Part shown: positions 59,736-64,000 of the stretch, piece after piece
Layout: each line of letters begins with the position of its first letter
How positions within the stretch are numbered: position 1 is the first letter of the stretch
Source: Octopus vulgaris
Lineage: Eukaryota
Direction: 5' to 3'
NCBI GenBank assembly: GCA_951406725.2
Contig: OX597832.1
Coordinates: 3,472,001 to 3,536,000, forward strand
DNA length: 64,000 bases
Made by a program: the position numbers and the translations under genes
The notes under the pieces: model-generated
What the model saw: only the letters and a program-made list of their open reading frames with translations
The model's database searches: none
What the model was told of the DNA's origin: nothing

Positions 59736-60377
59736 TTAGAATGACGAGCTAGTAAATAGAATGATGAAGGGATATGAAAATGATTGACTGTACTTTTATT
59801 TCTTTCATCTCTCCTACTAGCAGAAATCAACTGAAAATTGAATATATCTTTCATATTACAATACAAGTGTCATTAGTGTCAAAAAAGTTTCACTCCAGTT
59901 CAATAATAGCCAAACCAATGACCATAGTGTTTGTTATCATGGAACACTGATTTCGTATTTCTTCTCATGGAACAAGGCTGCAAAAAAAGTTTCCATAACA
60001 TTTTATGTTGAAGTCTGTAACATATATACCTCCCACCCCCACCCCCGCCCAAATTTTTTAAAATTATGTATGACTGAATGATTTCTATAATTAAGTTTCA
60101 GGGTTGTCTCCCCTGCCTTTTTGATAATCTGATTGTTAATCTGATTCTTTCTCCTAGATGTGGGAGTAATTTTAATAAATTAAAATTTTATCAAGTAAGC
60201 TGACGCTGACCTTAATTTTTTGAAAGTTCAGTTTCATTTAGTGACTCTGTAATAATGCATAACTTTCTTTTAATATCACATTTTTAAAAGGTTGGGGTTG
60301 GGGGATGAAATGGGGGGGGGTATCTCTAATGTCATAAAATGTCATATACATAGCTCATGTTTCCCTTGTAAGTTGTC

Positions 60378-60940
60378 ATAGGTCTGATCAAAAAGTATCA
60401 GGACTGGTGCTATAAAAAGAACAACATATACCGATTCGACATTTAATTTCATTTGAAGTAGTCCCCTTCCAAAGTTACACACTCTATTCAGCATTGTTTC
60501 CACTGATGGAAGCATTCCTGGAACTCTATTTTTCAGGATAGAAAGCAGTTGCCTTGTTGTATTCTCTTGAATTTCCTCAGCATCTTGAAATCTTGTTCCT
60601 TTCATGCTGGCTTTTACTTATGCCTTGGTTTCAGGGTCATAGTCAAAGGCCCATGATTCATCACCTGTCCTGACTGTTCTCAAAAAGTTTTCATCTCCCT
60701 TGACACAATCAAGAAGATCTTGTATGGCTGAAGCCCAATTTTCTTCTTGTGATGACCACACTCTACACACTTTAAATAACACACTATAAGTACAAGCTAT
60801 AAATAACAGAAGTCAGTAAGAATGTTATAACTTGGTTATACAACTGAGTTCAAAGTCAATCTGTGTCTAGTGGTTTCACTCTTTGTACCTTAACTCTGTT
60901 ACCATAGCAACAGTCCTGACACTTTTCAATCAGACCTCAT
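60378..60940 (-). mobile_element. Internally deleted mariner derivative
   Basis: TIRs ggtctgatcaaaaagtatcaggactg / cagtcctgacacttttcaatcagacc. Minus translation FLRTVRTGDESWAFDYDPETK is joined almost directly to C-terminal MKGTRFQDAEEIQENTTRQL. Confidence 0.88.
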
Positions 60941-61239
60941 CTATGACATGCTAAATTTTTCAACATCAGTAGTTGCATAAAATGTATGATATGATGTAAG
61001 ACATGCTACCACGGTTAAGTTGACTTGTCAGTTGTTGGCAATGAGAAATTAATTTAGTTGACCAAAAGAATAAGTATGAGGCTTTAAAAAAAACGAAAAC
61101 ATAAAATGGTTGATTTGTTTGACTAAAATCTTACAGAGTGGTGCCCCAGTATGGTCACAATCCAGAGTAAAAGGAAGAAAAGATAAAAAAGAAAAGGTGT
61201 TAAGCAATGACCTCTTGACATTTCTCTAATGTTGCTAAT

Positions 61240-61460
61240 AATTATGGTATTTGATAGAGGCACAAACAAGGTCAGCTATTTTAAGGGGATGGGGAGAGAT
61301 AATTTCATCAATCCAGTACTTGACTGTTACTTTATCTTACCAGCCCTGGAAGGATGAGAAGCAAAGTTGACTTCAGCAGAATTTTGAACTTAGAGTACCA
61401 GAACAAGTGCTAAATGGCAATTTTTTTCCTGATGCTCTAACGATTCAGCCACTTTGCTGC
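61240..61460 (-). mobile_element. Degenerate SINE (family of 39747)
   Basis: ggaaggatgagaagcaaagttgacttcagcagaattttgaac, with CpGs decayed. Confidence 0.7.
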
Positions 61461-61773
61461 CTTAATTCCTATTATAATGGATGTAAGAACAATGTGTGTG
61501 TGTGTATGTTTGTATGTATGTGTGTATACATGCACACACACACACACATCATTGTGTATGTGTGTGCTTGTGCATGCACATCACACCTACCACCTCTTAC
61601 TTAGTCCTCCATTTGTACATTCCTTACCTCATTCTCAAAATTATCCTTTCGTTTTGATCATCTCATCTACTTCCTGTCTAAATCATTCTTTTGTCAAAAC
61701 AACCTTGTTTGAACCTTTTATCACAAAGTTTACTGAATCTCTTGATTTTGCCTATTTTTCAAATGTTGAAGTA

Positions 61774-62207
61774 CAGTAATCAGTATCATGGTTCACATAT
61801 CGTGCCATCAGTACATCACAGATGTAAATTTACATCATGGCCTCCTCAGTATATTGCAGGTTTCTGTGATCAATAGGTATTTATATTTTTTTAGATTTTA
61901 ACTATTTCTATGATAAAATAAGCATTTTCATGCCTAAAAATTAATAAATAAAAACGACAGTACAGTACTGAACTGTACAACACATTAACTAAAATATATT
62001 AAAAGAAAATACAATGTGTACCATAGATGAGTAAACAAAAAAAATGGTACATACTGTATGGAAAATGGAACTCGGGAGGCAAGTGTGTGGTGTTGTTTTG
62101 CATTTATAATGAAATAAATATAAACAAATTATAAAAATTTTTTTAAATATACAACACCTATTTTCACCTATGGGGACATAACATCCTTGATAATTGAAGG
62201 ATTACTG
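61774..62207. mobile_element. pogo/Tigger-like MITE
   Basis: TA|CAGTAATC ... GATTACTG|TA termini. Confidence 0.75.
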
Positions 62208-63392
62208 TACTGATTTTTGTCTCATACTTCCACCATTAAATGAAGAACATGCAAGAATCAAAATGGTATTTCTATCTCTCATAGTAACTTTATACAACCA
62301 TTATTATACATTTCCTGGGTTTAGATAGAACATAATCTATAATTCTATCATAAAGCATCTATAGATGAAGAACAAATTGATCATTGTAACGAATAATGTA
62401 GCTCACAAATTTAGACTGACTGAATATCTTTTAAGACTTTGTCTCAGACAAAAGTCGTCACCAATTAGCACAAACACCATTCTCTGGATGGTTGCCTGGA
62501 GGCTGGTATTCTTTTCTATCTACTCTAATTAAGGCACTTATCAATTTTAATGCTTTTAACAAAAATTCCTGTAATAACCAGATGAGATTTGGGTGGTAAT
62601 AGTCACCTCTTGAAACAAATACTAGCTAGTTCTGTTGTTAACTTGCAATGAGGGAGGTTAGGACTTGTAGCCTCAAATCAACCTACTTAGAAGATTTTAT
62701 CAGTTTTTGTGTAGGTGTGAGAACGAAGAGTTTCAACAGCTTCATCTTCCAGATTTTCTGTTAGTCACTAAGTCAGCTTGCCACATATGGAAATTAGACA
62801 CTAATGCATTCTTTGACATATGAGAGTCTGTTTTAATGGTCTTGTTTACAAGAAGGAACAACAGCTCGCGTTTCGCCCAGACATCACTCTAAGCAAACTA
62901 TGTTCATATAAAAATATAAGCAATCCCTGTTCATTGTGTATCGAAGACTTATTATAAAGATGTTGCTGCCTTGAACGACTGTTCTACCAAATAAGTTATG
63001 TTATCATTTCCTTATAAAAATTATTTAACTCTTGGACTATCAATAAATGGTCTAATTTACACAAATTTTATAATATTGTTGCGATATATATTAACAGTTG
63101 TTTGTTTGGCAATAATTCATGTTTGATGATAATTCATGTATTTAAAATTGCATTTTATAATAGAGAAAATATTCTATATAGTCATTAAAAAATATAGTAT
63201 ATTAGTGACGTACTATTTCTAGGAATATATAATATATTATTTAGCTTCAGATCAATATTATGAAGATCTTTAGTTTTTCATAGTAAAGTTGACATTAGTG
63301 GGCATACTTTAGTTTATTTTAGCCATTATGACCAAGGTGGGAGCACCATGCATATAAATGCTCTTGCAGTAAACACCTTGATCTTTTTTCAG

Positions 63393-63453
<61 letters not shown>

Positions 63454-63699
63454 ATGTATAAGACTACATAATCTGTTAAGACTGAGTTATTTGAAAGAAA
63501 TTTGGTTGCTCCTTGTAGCATATCAGGCCATTGCTAAGAACCTTTCTCACTGAATTGAGCTAAAAAAAAATATATATATATTCATAGACACAGTGAACAG
63601 AAAATTAATATTAACAAGGTTTATGTCATTCCAAAGGATGAAAGCAAAATAAATGGGTTACAAATCTGTGCACTGATTATCTCTAGTAGGGAGTGATTA

Positions 63700-63934
63700 T
63701 AGTTGTCTACTTCTTTAAAAAGTTCACTGACTGTCAAATCTATGATTTTCACAACTCACAACAACTACTTATGCAATGTGAGACAAGCCTTCGATGGCTG
63801 TGCTTCCTAATCTGAAATGCTGGCACCAATCTTGGCTTTGTATACTTCTCAAATAATCATCCTCGTAAGCCTCTTGCAATGTTATCTCTCAATTTGAAAC
63901 AGAATTCTACACAATGCTGATCATTCAAATCCAT
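63700..63934 (-). mobile_element. Old mariner transposase N-terminal relic
   Basis: Frameshifted minus translation MDLNDQHCVEFCFKL / LQEAYEDDYLRSIQSQDWCQHFRLGSTAIE / LTVSELFKEV resembles the mariner HTH region. Confidence 0.7.
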
Positions 63935-64000
63935 TACTGTTCAATATGCAATAAATCACCACATAATGAGGCATGTATTCACCCTGTCACATATAGATTG

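Noticed and set aside
62715-62759. Exon-like tag|GTGTGAGAAC...TTTTCT|gttagt
   Set aside because: Weak donor context and no recognisable peptide.

Overview
AT-rich, microsatellite-dense, almost entirely non-coding animal DNA. The SINE, MITE and LINE repertoire resembles a coleoid cephalopod (Octopus-like), a judgement from memory and not a database result. The very long Y/I/C/M/H ORFs are artefacts of (TA)n-derived arrays. The only convincing host coding sequence is one 63-bp Gly-X-Y exon on + (21129-21191, GLLGLEGSKGDMGAPGCNGTR) that matches the type IV collagen 7S domain. A CpG-rich promoter (NRF1, ETS, E2F and YY1-type motifs) lies at about 58.7-59.0 kb, next to a ~600-nt stretch with no ATG on the minus strand that ends in a splice donor, suggesting an antisense or nested gene. 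Mobile DNA includes a full-length but dead mariner, two further mariner relics, hAT, piggyBac and pogo MITEs with TSDs, RTE LINE fragments and several tRNA-derived SINE families. The most notable signals are an intact type I hammerhead ribozyme motif (minus strand, 4673-4756) with several decayed relatives, a cluster of long palindromes at 39.9-47.3 kb, and a CpG-retained domain at about 38-59.8 kb between CpG-depleted flanks.
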